A stretch of DNA of 64,000 nt from Amoebophrya sp. A120 (lineage: Eukaryota > Protista > Dinoflagellata), in contig CAJINV010000005.1 in NCBI GenBank assembly GCA_905178155.1, forward strand, positions 8,893,318-8,957,317, in the 5' to 3' direction. This document shows positions 47,896 through 59,949 of the stretch, piece after piece. How positions within the stretch are numbered: the stretch's first letter is position 1; every line of letters starts with the position of its first letter. The notes under the pieces are model-generated. The model worked only from the letters and a program-made list of their open reading frames with translations, made no database searches and had not been told where the DNA came from. Made by a program: the position numbers and the translations under genes.

Positions 47896-49340
47896 TCACC
47901 TCTTCCTTACCGGCACCGAGGACCCACTTGCCGTCGCTGCTTTCGGCTTCCGCCCTGCGGTCTGCGAGGAAACGCCCGTTCCGGCAGCCTTCGCAGCTCT
48001 ACCGGATTTGTTGTTGTTGTTCCCAGCATATCAAATGCAAAAATCTCTGGGTCTGGAAACTTGTGATGCTGGGTGGCGTCTCATGATGAGGCCACAAATG
48101 CTGGCTCGGCATGACAAGTTTCTGAGCTTCTAGGTATTGCCTATTCTGCATGACAAACTGCGTCTCTGCATCATAGAAAAATGGAGCTGTTGGGTAACGT
48201 GCATGACAGATTTAAGAGTCATGCCAGACAAGCATGACAAACGTGCATTCTTCCAGACCTAAACATTTTTACATTTGATACAGCACCTCCGGACGAGGAC
48301 GACCCGTTATTCCCCCCGCCTTTCACCACCGGTTTTGCCAGTTCCTGCTTTTTATCAACTGCAAAAATGTCTGGGTCTGGAAGAATGCCAGACTTGTCAT
48401 GCAGGTTTTCCATGACCCATGAGAGATGGTATGTAGGACATAGCATGACAGATTCTGTGAGAGTTCTATCATGCCTATTCTGCATGAGACACTGCCTCTC
48501 GATTAGGTCAAAAGTGGACAGCTTTTGGTAATCATGCAACACAGATTTTTTACATGATTCAGATTTAGCATGACAAGTTGCTTTGTTCCAGACCCAGAAA
48601 TTTTTGCATTTGATACTTTTTGTCGTGCGTCGTTATTCTCGTCACCGACTTCGGTCCGAGCGACTCCTGTGCGACTACTTTTCGCACCCCGAAGGTCGCC
48701 TTCTCGTCCCGTCTCTCCTTCAGCATTTTTCGGTAGGTTTCATCCGTGTCTAGCGGCGTGAAAGAGTACACGCCGGTGACTTTTTTCGCGTTCAGGCTGT
48801 TGGAGGTCGTTCTTGATGCACCACCGGACTTCGCCTTGCTACTTGCAGACGAAGTAGACGAAAGGCCTTCCATTGTATACCTGATGTGATTTATTTTTAG
48901 CAGCTTCGATAAAAATCACTAGATTTTCACTTTTTATTGCGGAGCTGCGACTACTGAATAAAGATCTTCATAAACCTGTCATGCTAAAAAGGCTCGCAAA
49001 TAAATAAGTCTGCTCACATCATCTTGAAAAAAAAACCCGAAAAACAATACGTCGCTTTGGCCGGTCGCAGGAAGTTTTGCTGCATGACGTTTGGCAAATT
49101 CATTTCCCCCTCATCCCTCGCCAATTTATCGTTCAGTAAATTTACCGATTTCCCGTCCTCCGAGATCTGCGCCACCGTAGACCCATCTTCTTGTTTCAGC
49201 CAGAGTTCGTGCAGCCAGTGCGGCACGTGAATTATCTGCACCTCCTCCAGTGGCTGATGTCTATTACTTGCTGCTGCTGCTCCTCCTGTGCTCATTGGGG
49301 CCTTGTTTGCCGTGCTGGCCTGCTGCCTGGTGCCGTTCAT
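47896..49340 (-). CDS. TFIIF beta subunit (RAP30/Tfg2)-like N-terminal domain protein (~249 aa)
   Basis: Exons 49051-49340, 48616-48880, 48281-48347 and 47896-48023 total 750 nt. VQIIHVPHWLHELW..VAQI and VTGVYSFTPLDTDETYRKMLKER resemble the TFIIF-beta N-domain. The first intron donor is ambiguous. Confidence 0.6.
48029..48280. mobile_element. Introner family A
   Basis: A TIRs; perfect DR CAGCA; in frame. Confidence 0.94.
48353..48615. mobile_element. Introner family A
   Basis: A TIRs; perfect DR CTTTT; in frame. Confidence 0.94.
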
Positions 49341-51887
49341 TTTTCCATACGTACTACCGCGAGGTAGAGATGACCAGGAAAATGGTCATGCGTTTTTTGT
49401 GTAAGATGTGTCGATGAAAACTACACCAAGCTCGAGCAATTTCCTAGCTTGAACTTTACTGCGTTGAGGAGCAGTTCAGTATTTCTTATCGTCATCCTCA
49501 CAAGCTCTGCTCCAGTTCTACTGTCTCACTGTAGTAGTTTTCTCGTCTCACAGTGAAGTTTTCTCATCAATCTGAAACAGTTGTAATAGACCGTAGATTA
49601 AGTACGTGGAAGATCATGATGGTCCATCTGATTTATTTGGGGAATTTTTTCATTTAGGAACCCAGACTTGATCATGAGGTCGTTGCATTTCACATTCTTC
49701 AGGAGATCTTGTTCTGTGATTTTTCTTGCTCGTCCTCGTCGGACAGTGCGTTATAGTTTTCGTGTGGACCACCCTTTGAGTGGGTCCGAATAAATCGCTC
49801 CTCAGAACAAGTCAACATGATTTTCCAGCTGAACGCTTTAGTAATATTCTCAACAAGCACCACAACTCTCCAGTCGTGCATTGTTTCTGCCGAACAAAAC
49901 TCAAGCGCGGCTACTGTTGCTTCTCCCGAACTGTGATATGTTTTTTTTGCTTTTTTCACAAGTATCTGTAGAAAGAACTATTTTTGAATTTTTGTTTGCC
50001 CTAGTAAAAATTCGGTCTTCCGTTTTTGATGACACCCTGTAGAACAATCGCTTTAGGCCGACAGTAGTCTTCTATGTGGCCGGCTACAAAACTTCTACTT
50101 ATCCGAAGTTAAAACAACCTGAAGGCGCGTTTCTTTGCCCTATCATTTCATTAGGAAAAGATATAAGCAAATCGAAACTAAATCTTAACTTTTGGAAATA
50201 GGACATCGACTAAAGTGCTGCTGCTCATTCAATTGCACAAGTTGCACGACAACCCAGCTAGGATAGTGCAACTACAATCTTCTGAAGCTGCAATGGGATC
50301 TAAAAAGCTGCGAATAGAGCCTACGATATAGATATTTTGGTAGAAATAGTAGGATGGTGGGCACCAGGATCGTTCCGCAACTTCGACGAGCTGCCTGAGC
50401 GTCGTACAAACATATAATGGTCGTAGATTTCGTCCTTACTGCAACGACGCTCCACGACTTTTGCTGTAGCGCTGTAGCAAGTAGCCCCATGCTTGTCCTG
50501 CACCGTGCCTAGGGATAAGTATTTTGAAATCGTTTTTCTGCCGTTCTAAATATAAACCACTGCGTTCGCTCCGCGATAGTAAATCGAGTCTTCGTTTTTG
50601 TTCTGAGCATTGTGTAGTTTCGCAGAAGTAGTAAGTAACCGCCTGAGCCACCAACTACTGTCGAACCGTTCTTGATGGGAACCCTATCCCTAAACCCTTT
50701 ATAAGTGTGGAGAAAAAGGCACGACTTGTTTTGGCCGCAGTGTTGATCACGCATCTCTTCTTGCAGGCAAGTGGAGGTGGCACCGGTCGTTGTACTAGAT
50801 AGTGCTGTATATTATCTGGTATATTTTTATGCACCGCCGTCGCCCAAGCTACAACTCAGTTGGATCATTGCAACCCCATGTCTACTTACGTACGTGATTA
50901 GTTAGAGACGATGTGGAATGAGACTAGCTTCTCTTTGAGGATAAAACTCTATCAGATTGACTAGTATTTTTTAGCCTGTGATTACAAACGAACCTTACAA
51001 ATAGTAGCTTAGGTTCGAGTTAATAGTGCAGCAAATCTGGTCACAAACGCTTCAGGCTACAAAGACAGCAAAAGCTCGTTTAAGAAGACTTTGACCGTAG
51101 TGAAACAGCTAGCCTTTTCTTCAACATCTTCAAAAACTCTTGCCTTACGTCCTCTCGCCTTTCGCGGGCGCGAAGAGACCTACTAGGGGATGGATTCATA
51201 AAGTGGGTTTTCAACATAACCGCCACTTTTGATCGCCTTTTTTCTTTGGTAAAGTATGTTTTTTGCAAAGAGCTTCCGTAGGAGATATCGAAGAAATTAA
51301 AAATTATGCACTGTCGTAGATCATATTTAGGTTGGTCGAGCTTGTAAAAGTAATAATTCGTGGCACCATCCTATCAGGTCACAAACGCGGTCGCTTGCTG
51401 GTACTGATAGAGAAAGTGTCTACACGAATGGAATGACGGACAGAAGTTAAGCTAGTTTTCAGATGCCATAGTACCTTGATGAAAAATAACGTTCTTTATC
51501 CCTGATCGATTAACAGGGACAAGTTTACAAACGCTTTTTCAACAGTAGTACACGTACAAAGAAACAAGAGCCCACAACTAAATCTTTAGTACAATAGAGA
51601 CAAAACTTTTATGAATATAGAGTGGGGGTAGAAGGAGTCAAGCTAAAGAACGTGCTCGATGTGCTCGATTTGGTTTTGTTACCGCACAACGATGCAACGA
51701 TGCAAGTCACACCTTTTGGAAATGATACCTCCTGGTGGTGACGATTTTTGCGTGCTTCAATACTATTATGGGGATCTTCATCTTCATCAAAAGCTTTGTA
51801 CTTCGATAAATTTATTTTCTCCATCCGACAGCTAGAAAATCTATTTCCAAACTGTCGCCCGATAGAACAAGAGTAGAACTCATTGTC

Positions 51888-54800
51888 CTACGCCCCGGCT
51901 GCCGCCACAGAAACCGCAGTAGCAGAGGACGAGGAACTGGAAGCGGCAGTACTAGCCGCAGCCCGAGCTGCCACCTCCGAATTAGCTGCCTCAGATTCCT
52001 CCGGAATGGTTTCCATCTTGTCCAGCTTCTTGGAGGAGGATTTTTTCACTTTTTTGCCCGAAGCGGAGGAAGACATCGCAGGAAAAAACTGTTTCACTGT
52101 GATGATTTTGCAAGATCTGCATCACAAGTTTGTTACACATGGCGCAGACAATTTGTCATGCGCACTTCCCAAGGGAAAACACCCTTCAAAATCCAATGTC
52201 TTGCATGTGTAGCAAGACAAATAGTATTTGTGTGTTCCATTCCATGCATCACAAGTTCACAGTGAAACAGTTTTTTCGTGGGATAGAAGAGGAACTAGAA
52301 CTGCTGGAACTTTTACTGCTTTTCGACGAGGAACTTTTTGTCATCTTCACGGCTGTCGGAACAACTGCAGGGGTCGTCTGTGACAATACAACGCTGGAAG
52401 TAGAGGATGAACTTCCTACGGACGTCGAGGAGCCTGAGCCACAAGAACTGGACGGAACAATTGCAGTTATCTTGCCCTCACTGGCCAGCGCCTGTTCCCT
52501 TGCCAATAAAATCGCCGACTTTTTCTTCTTCTTCTCAACCGGTGGATGGAAATCCTCCTTCGGCAAGAGCGTTTCGGGCTCTTCCGGCGGCAACAGGGTT
52601 TCCTTGGCAGAAGCTGGCGCCGTGGTTTTCTTTTCCGCAGAAGAGGAAGATTTCTTCTTTTCCTTCTTCTCCGACTTGACCTTCTTTTCCGACGGCACAG
52701 CGGAATCTTTGTTTTCTTTTTCAACATGAGCATGAGCATCATCTTCGGTTTTTGTACTAATGTTGGCGCTGGCAGTACTAGTGTGCTTGGTGGTACTGGT
52801 TTTTGATGCAGTAGCAGCTTTCGCCTTCATCAGCTCAGATAAAGTTTTCGCTTTCTCGGTGGTTAATATCGTTTTCTTGTCGGAGGTCAGAATAGTTTTC
52901 TCGTGCTCCGCTTCCTCCCCAGTAGTTGTGCAAGACGATGATGAAGAAGACGAAGACGAAGATAAAGAGCTGCCACCTTGTAGTTCTCCTGCCGTAGGAG
53001 CGCCACCACCTCCTCCAGCGACTTGGACTTCCTCCTCCCCTACTTCCTCAAACGTCACTTTTTTCGCCGCCGCGGCCCGCTTGGGTGCCTTCTTCGGCTT
53101 CGAGTTGAACTGAAACAGCGAGGACCCGGAGAACATTTGAAACGACCCGCTGTCCTTTTGCGGCGTTGTGCTGTTTGTTTTGCCCTCCTTGCCCTCCTCG
53201 GAGTCCCCGACCGCCTTGATCAGCGGGTTGGCGGCCGTGTATTCCACTTTCACCGGGCCATACATCAGCTCGTACTCCTCCCGCTCCAAACGCTCGAGGA
53301 TGGAAATGTAGTCCGTGTTTTTCTCGAACTTGCGCGGCTCGAGCCGCATGTTCTGCTCCACGTAGTCCTTGTCCACGATGAAACCGTCGAACTGGTTGTA
53401 GACCTTGTGCAAAGTCGTCTCGATCGCTTGCATTGCGTACTCGTACGCTTCCTGGTTGCTCGTCTCGACGTGCTGTTTTGTTTCATTTTTTGAAGTTGGA
53501 TAATTTATTCAGTAGATAAAATTTCGTGCATCAACAGTTCTTGGCATCAAGGATTATAGGCTACAAAGATATTTGCTTTGTGGAGGGGCGGGGGACTACA
53601 CTGGCCCAAGGAGGGCGGCAACTTAAATCGAAAAGTGCTGGTGCCACAGCCTCCAGGTGGAAAAATGAAGATTGGCACTGAGTGATCCTGTCTAGCCACC
53701 ATATAATGAATTCTACGACTTTATCAAAACAAGTTCGAAGCGAGTTATCGAAAAACTTATAAACCAAAAAATCAAAAACTCTGTAAGTACAATGATCAGC
53801 GCTTCATCCTTTTCCCCCTTGATCAGCAGGTGGACTTCCGGGTTGTAGCGGCAGATGTTCCGCATGTTCTCCCCGTCGTTCCCGCCCAACCGCATGACGC
53901 AGCTGAATTCCTCCTGTTCGTCCTGAATCTGCACATCGTAGACGCAGGCGTAGCGGAAGTGCTTCCGCCGACGGAGCCGGATCGCGTCCAGCCCCCGCAC
54001 CCCGTACATCTTCCGCAGCTCCTCTTCTGCGTGCCGGCGGACGATGATGTGCGGCCCGAGGAGCAGCTCGTCCCGGGTGCCATCATCGCGGTTATATTCC
54101 TCCATTTCCCGGGTCTTCTTATGCATTGCAAACATATCGGCGTCTGGAGACTTGTAATGCTGGGCGGCGTATCATGAGGAGGCCACAAGTGATGGCTCAG
54201 CATGACAAGTTTCTGAGCTTTTAGGTGTTCTTGCCTATTCTGCATGACACACTGCGTTTCTGCATGACAGAAAAATTGGGGTCTTGGGTTGCAACGTGCT
54301 GCATGACAGATTTTATAGTCATGCCAGACAAGCATGGCAAACTTGCATTCTTCCAGACCCAGACATATTTGCACTTGATACTTCTCCTGGACTCGCAGCA
54401 GCGCCTCCCCGGTTAACGGGTTCTGCATCTTCCGCTGTTTCGCCTCTTCCGCCTTCTTCATGGCTTTTTTGCGTTTCGAGCTGGAGTATCAAGTGCAAAT
54501 ATGTCTGGGTCCGGAAAGAAGTAATGCAGATATGCTATGAGCCGTGACGTCTGGAATGCAGAAACTAGCATGACAAATTCTGTGAGATCTCTATCATGCC
54601 TGTCCTGCATGAGAAACTCCCTCGCAATTCGGTCAAAAGTGGACCACATTTGGTAATCATGCAACACAGATTTTTGCAGAATGCAGACCTAGCATGACAA
54701 GGCACACTCTTCCAGATCAAGACCCAGACATATTTGCAATGCATATGGAGCACGTGTTCCAGATCAGCGCTTGCATCGACTCCTGCAAAGCCTCCATCGC

Positions 54801-57800
54801 CGGGTAGCGAATCGGATTGCCGTACTCGTCCAGCGGGGCGTCGTTTTTCCACCAATATCCTATGTAAAAACGTCCCCACCCCAGAGTCAAAATGGGGAGT
54901 CTGCGTACACAAATCCACAACTTGAACTTTTGGCTGTTTTGCATGACAAATTTGAACTGGTAGTGTAGTACTGTTTGAGGCAGTTCAGCAGCATGACAGA
55001 TCTAGTATATAATGCTGATTGGAGCATGACAAATTGCAAAACGCGACTCGATAGTATGTCTCATGAGGCTCCGCATGAGAAACATTTTCAGCATGCAGAG
55101 TCGCATTACAGCTATAATGGGGTGGGGACGTTTTCAAATACGATAACCAGCATTCCTTCTTCAAATTCCACCATTTCCCTTCCTATCCTGTGCAGAAGTA
55201 TCGTACTCGTATTGCGATAACGCATTACATTTTCCTAAGGTAGATCCGCATTACAAATTTTATTTCTCATGCTGAGGAAATTTGTAATGCATTTATACGA
55301 GTACGATACTTTTGCAATGCATACTTCCCTGGTCTTGATCCAGGTCTTTTTCCGCTGCTCCTCTTCTATTTGCTCCGGAGTCAGCGTCTGCGCATCCTGG
55401 TCCTGGTTGATATTATTCGCCGTCCCGTTATACGCGTAGTAGTTGTTGTAAGTCGGGTCCGTGGAGGTCCCATTCATATTCGTTCCTTTTCCGCCCTTCC
55501 CATACTGGCTCGTCATCATCTTGCCCTGCTTGCCGGCCGCCTTTGTCCCGAATTTATTGCCGACTACATGTGGAGGAACGACTTGCCCGTTTTCGTCGTA
55601 CTGGACGTATTGCTGCGATTGTGGGTCCCAGTGCCAATTATTGTTCCACCAGCCTTTCTGGTTTGCTGCAGAAGCCGCTGCACCTTGGTTGCCCTTGGTG
55701 TTCCATTTCTGGAGGTGGTTTTGATGCCAGCTATTGCCGTAGGATCCAGCAGCACCAGCTCCCCATTGATTGTTCCACGAATTATCGACCCAGTTCCCGT
55801 GTTCGTCATACCAGCCTTCGTCTTGCTGCCCGGGCCCGCCCCAAGAACCAGGCATAGTGTCCATCCCTTTCCCGCCTTTCCCATAGTAAGACCCAGCGGC
55901 TCCACTGTCGTAAAATTGCTGATGTTGACCTTGTCCGCCCTTCGCGCCTTTCGCTGCCAGGTTCTGCTGCATCATTTGCTGCATGTGATGTTGTCCTTTC
56001 TTCATTCCTTTTTTGCCGTTGTTCCAGTACGCCGCGTTCGGATCTACTTGGGCGGATGCAGCAAATCCGTGGTGGTACAGGTTGGCCGGATCTGCACCAT
56101 TGTACATCATATTTGGCGGACCACCACCGGAAGTGTTGACCCACACACCAGTCATCGGGTCGAAGTAACCGCCTGCAGTAGCTGCACCGGGAGGTGGTAC
56201 TGCGCCCATAGCAGCAGCTGCTGCTGCACTGGGGTCGACTGGATTGAATCCGGGTGTAAATGCCACTGCGTTCGGGTCAAATGTCATAGGGTTCACGTTG
56301 AAGGCAGCCATAGAACAAGTGGTCGCCGGAGCAGCGGTTGTCGCGTCGCCCCCCGGATGTAGTGGTTGTGTCGTGAGAGCAGTATCTAGCGCGCCGACGG
56401 TGGAAAGAAGGTCGGGGCCACAGGTTGTAGGATCGGCCCCAATTCCGTTGGCCCCTCCCGCGGTGGTAGTTGCAACAACCTCCGACGTCCCAGAGCATGA
56501 GGAACTGCTGCTTGCCTCTCGAAGTAGATGTTGTTGTCCACTACTGGCTGCCATCGCACCAGTATTTCCCTGTTGCAGCCTCAAGGCCCCGGGCAAAGCG
56601 GGCGGCGGCGGGCCGATCTTTGCCGCTTCGGCTTCCAGCAGCGCCTGCTTCAGCTGCTCCTCGGCATGCTTTAAGGCCGGGTCCTTGTCCCCAACGGGCT
56701 TGATCAGTTGCTTCAGCTGGTCCGTCTTGGATAAAGAAGACGAATTATTTTGCAGCAATAAAGGGTGAGGAGCTACATCGTCGTGAGTGGAAGTAAACCC
56801 ATGTTGACAATTCGAAGTAGTATTTACATTTTCATCTTCTCCCGACGTAAGTAGAGTTCCAGCCTCCCCATCGCCACCACAATCTCCACCGGGCGGCACC
56901 CACTGGCCGTTTTTCCCCAAAGTAAACCCCATCGCGAGAAAGTCGTAGTCTCCGTAGCCGGCCGGATAGTTCTCGACGTTGCAGCTCTGGTTAATGGCAT
57001 TAACATCTTCTACCCCGTGTGTTCTTGAAGATGCAGATGTCGGATGATCATGCAGCTGCTCATGATTCACCGCTTCAGTAATCGCTCCATCGCCAAGAGC
57101 CTCTCCCCCGTGCAGAACATGGTCGGGAAGCTTGTACCCCGCTCTGTAAAACGTGTTCGGAACGCCGGAGACGTCCGGGTTTATTTGGTCCGGAGACATG
57201 GTTCCCGCACTCTGGCTGAGGGTAGTAGTTGTTCCGGGATTTTGCAGTTGGTCCCACGAGCTGCTGGCGGTCGTTTCCGCGGTTTTGTTCAGATCTTCGG
57301 TCATGTTGGTTCCGGGCGAAAGTTGCTGCTTCAGTTTGGTGCTACCGTGCAGCTGCGGGTCCTCATCTGTCGTCGTTGTTCCCATCATCTTGCGGTGATG
57401 CAAGTAAAACTGCTCCGGGGTGGCAAGAGAGGATGAAGAGGAAGGATCTATTCTCTCACCAGGTATCATTCCAAGCTGCGGCACCTCGCCTTTCGTAGGA
57501 GTTTTGTTGGACCCGGATCCCTTCTGCTCATGTTGATCTCCAGCGGTAAGTTGTTGGCCGGGATGAAGCCCAGGCGGAGCACGCGCAGGAGGACCTGTTG
57601 GTGGTCCTGCAGCTGCAAGAGAACAAGCAGGAGGTGGATTAAGAACAGTCGACGCGACCCCAGTTCCGTCTACACCCGGCAGGAGCTGTGCCGGTTCTCT
57701 ACTTTTCGATCCTGAAACTACAGAACTGTTCTTCACGTTCCCCGGAGCGGCCGGCGGCAGCATGTCCGGCAGCGCGGGGGGCAGCGTTGGCGGGAGCGAG

Positions 57801-58799
57801 AACGCCTGATCCGCCAGGGCCTCAACAGACGTCACGCTCTCCGGAGGCGTCGTGATCCCCAGTGTTTTTATTTTGTTCATTTTCTTGTCGACAATCATCT
57901 CGTCGTCCGCCGAAGCTGCAGCTAGTGCCACGGCGCCGGGTGGCATGGTTTGTGATTCTTGTGCCGCGGCGGTCGGTGCATCTGGGTAGGAAGAACCGGG
58001 AAAATTATTTTCGAAAGGTAGTTCCGGCGCTCCTGGTGCACCTCCAACTATCCCTGGTGGTCCCTGTCCTCCCCCACCGCCGGCGCTAGCCCATAGTACG
58101 TTTTGATGTCCTTTGTAGTTCTGCGGCTGCTGCTGCCAGCACTTGTGGTTCTGCGGCTGGTTGTACAACTGCTGATAGTTGTTCTTTGTCTGTTTATATC
58201 AAGTGCAAATATGTCTGGGTCTGGAAACTTGTAATGCTAAAAGTGAATGATAGACGCACTGCAACACGCAGCTACGCATGACATATTGTTTGGCTGCCAT
58301 GTCTTACGTATTCCGCATGGCAAACTGCGTTTTTGCATGACAGGCAAGATGGCCTTTTCGTGCCTATGCAACACAGATTCTCGAATCATGCCGGACAAGC
58401 ATGACAAACTTGCATTCTTCCAGACCCAGATGACATTTTTGCATTTGATAGTTTATTACTCTGTTGCGGCCCACCAGGTAGTTGTGCTTGTGCACCGCCT
58501 CCAGCGCCTTTTTGGAGGTTTTTGTTGTAATTCTTTCCGCCGCCCGCAGAGGGTTGGCCAGGATGAACAACAGCTCCTCCATACGACCCACCGCCCGGTC
58601 CTCCCGCCCAGCCGTGCCCATCGTAGTACGCATTGACGCCATAGGGGTCGCTGAAGCCCGCGTGGTACGCGGCTGCGTACGGATCGCCGTAAGCGTTGGG
58701 GTTGCTGCTCCAGGTTGCGGCAACCTGCTGTGCCTGCTGCCAGGCAGGGTCGGCGTTCCAGGACGGGTCCCAGGTCCCGGGTGGATGTTGCGCGGCCAT
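51888..58799 (-). CDS. Large low-complexity protein with a KH (KHDC4/STAR-like) RNA-binding domain (~1715 aa, 8 exons)
   Basis: Exons 58451-58799, 55324-58191, 55146-55178, 54746-54850, 54381-54481, 53791-54114, 52286-53472 and 51888-52068 total 5148 nt. FSCVMRLGGNDGENMRNI..LLIKG..EALIIHVETSNQEAYEYAMQAIETTLHKVY is KH-like. GT-AG intron at 53473-53790. Confidence 0.8.
52074..52285. mobile_element. Introner, singleton TIR family
   Basis: catcgcaggaaaaaactgtttcactgtga ... tcacagtgaaacagttttttcgtgggata; perfect DR GAAGA; in frame. Confidence 0.92.
54120..54380. mobile_element. Introner family A
   Basis: A TIRs; perfect DR CTTCT; in frame. Confidence 0.94.
54487..54745. mobile_element. Introner family A
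   Basis: A TIRs; perfect DR TGGAG; in frame. Confidence 0.94.
54856..55145. mobile_element. Introner family B
   Basis: B TIRs; DR ACCAA/ACCAG; in frame. Confidence 0.92.
55184..55323. mobile_element. Introner family D
   Basis: D TIRs; perfect DR CTTCC; in frame. Confidence 0.94.
58197..58450. mobile_element. Introner family A
   Basis: A TIRs; perfect DR GTTTA; in frame. Confidence 0.94.
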
Positions 58800-58828
58800 G
58801 AAAGGCGATGTAAATGTGATGTGTGTAT

Positions 58829-58966
58829 CTGTTGAAGAAAATTTTTAAATGATGAGTTTTATTATAGTATTTTGATAGAACCACGGTATTTTTGATGACA
58901 CTTCTGCGCATCAACTGAAGTGATTTCAAGTGATGAAAAAGCGCTATTGTAGGTCCACTTACTTAC
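58829..58966 (-). other. Probable GT-AG 5' UTR intron
   Basis: gtaagt donor and tttttcttcaacag acceptor ~30 nt upstream of the ATG at 58799. Confidence 0.45.
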
Positions 58967-59223
58967 GACAAACATAAACTGCACAAGAAGAGTGCAAGAG
59001 GCGATAATCATATAAAAAATACCGTTTAAATATGTCTCGTTGCCACGACCTCGTCGATCCTAGATCTAGTGCGAGGAGAGGAAGCGCGCGTCGGCTTTAC
59101 GCGTAGTACCCGTGGTTGCGTAAAAGCCCGCGTTTTTTCACGGAAAAAAGCCGGCTCACGAGTGACCGTCGTCTCCGGCAGATTCGGGTTCGAAGTCAGA
59201 AGAGTGTGTCACTCGCCTGTCGA

Positions 59224-59475
59224 TATCAAATGCAAAAATGTCTGGGTCTGCAAGAGTCATGCTGCTTTTGCATGACACAAAAGGTCTGGCATGGAAGCTC
59301 TAGCATCACAGGTTTCGAGAAGCTTCCGCAATGCCGAATCTGCATCACAAATGCCCGACTTTGGTGACAGAAAGTGGGCAGCTTGTGCTGCCTATGCATG
59401 AGAGATTTTTATGTGTTGTGAAATGCGCATCACAAGTTTGTATTCTTCCAGACCCAGACATATTTGCAATTCATA
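59224..59475. mobile_element. Introner family A (upstream/5' UTR)
   Basis: A TIRs; perfect DR GTCGA. Confidence 0.92.
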
Positions 59476-59816
59476 GTCGAACCGGTTCGGCGATTCTGCA
59501 AAACTGGATTAATCCGCAACAGAAACCGCCATTTCTAGAAATCATATGTGCAGAGGTACGGAACTGCTACATCTTTTTGTTTTTTTTTTTTGGAAGCTCG
59601 CTAAAGCCGATGAATTGCATATAAGCATATGATTCGGTGGATTTCCGAAAGTGCAAGGAAGCGGTTAAAAAGTTGTCGCTTCGAAAAATGTTGAAGACCG
59701 TAGTGCAAAACTACGTGCGCAAGTAACTATCTCGCGCTCCGCTACCGGTAAGTTCGCTACCTACCGCCCCCGTGCAAGAACGAGAGCCGTCCGCAAGGAC
59801 GGGAATCTAACGGCTG

Positions 59817-59949
59817 CTACCCGCTTCGAGGGCGTTCTCCTGTCGACGAAGCGCTGCAAACCTCGCACCACCTTCTGCCGTTGCCGATCAAAAGTAAACG
59901 CGAAGCTCACGGCGCTTCGTCGACAGGAGAACGCACTCGAAGCGGGTAG
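59817..59949. repeat. Foldback: 38-bp inverted repeat, 1 mismatch
   Basis: ctacccgcttcgagggcgttctcctgtcgacgaagcgc / gcgcttcgtcgacaggagaacgcactcgaagcgggtag. Confidence 0.9.

Noticed and set aside
55370-56362. 330-aa plus-strand ORF
   Set aside because: Antisense shadow of the long minus-strand exon
1266-59475. Tc1/mariner-type TA target duplication for the introners
   Set aside because: Frames are restored by removing both TAs plus one external 5-bp repeat, so the TA belongs to the element
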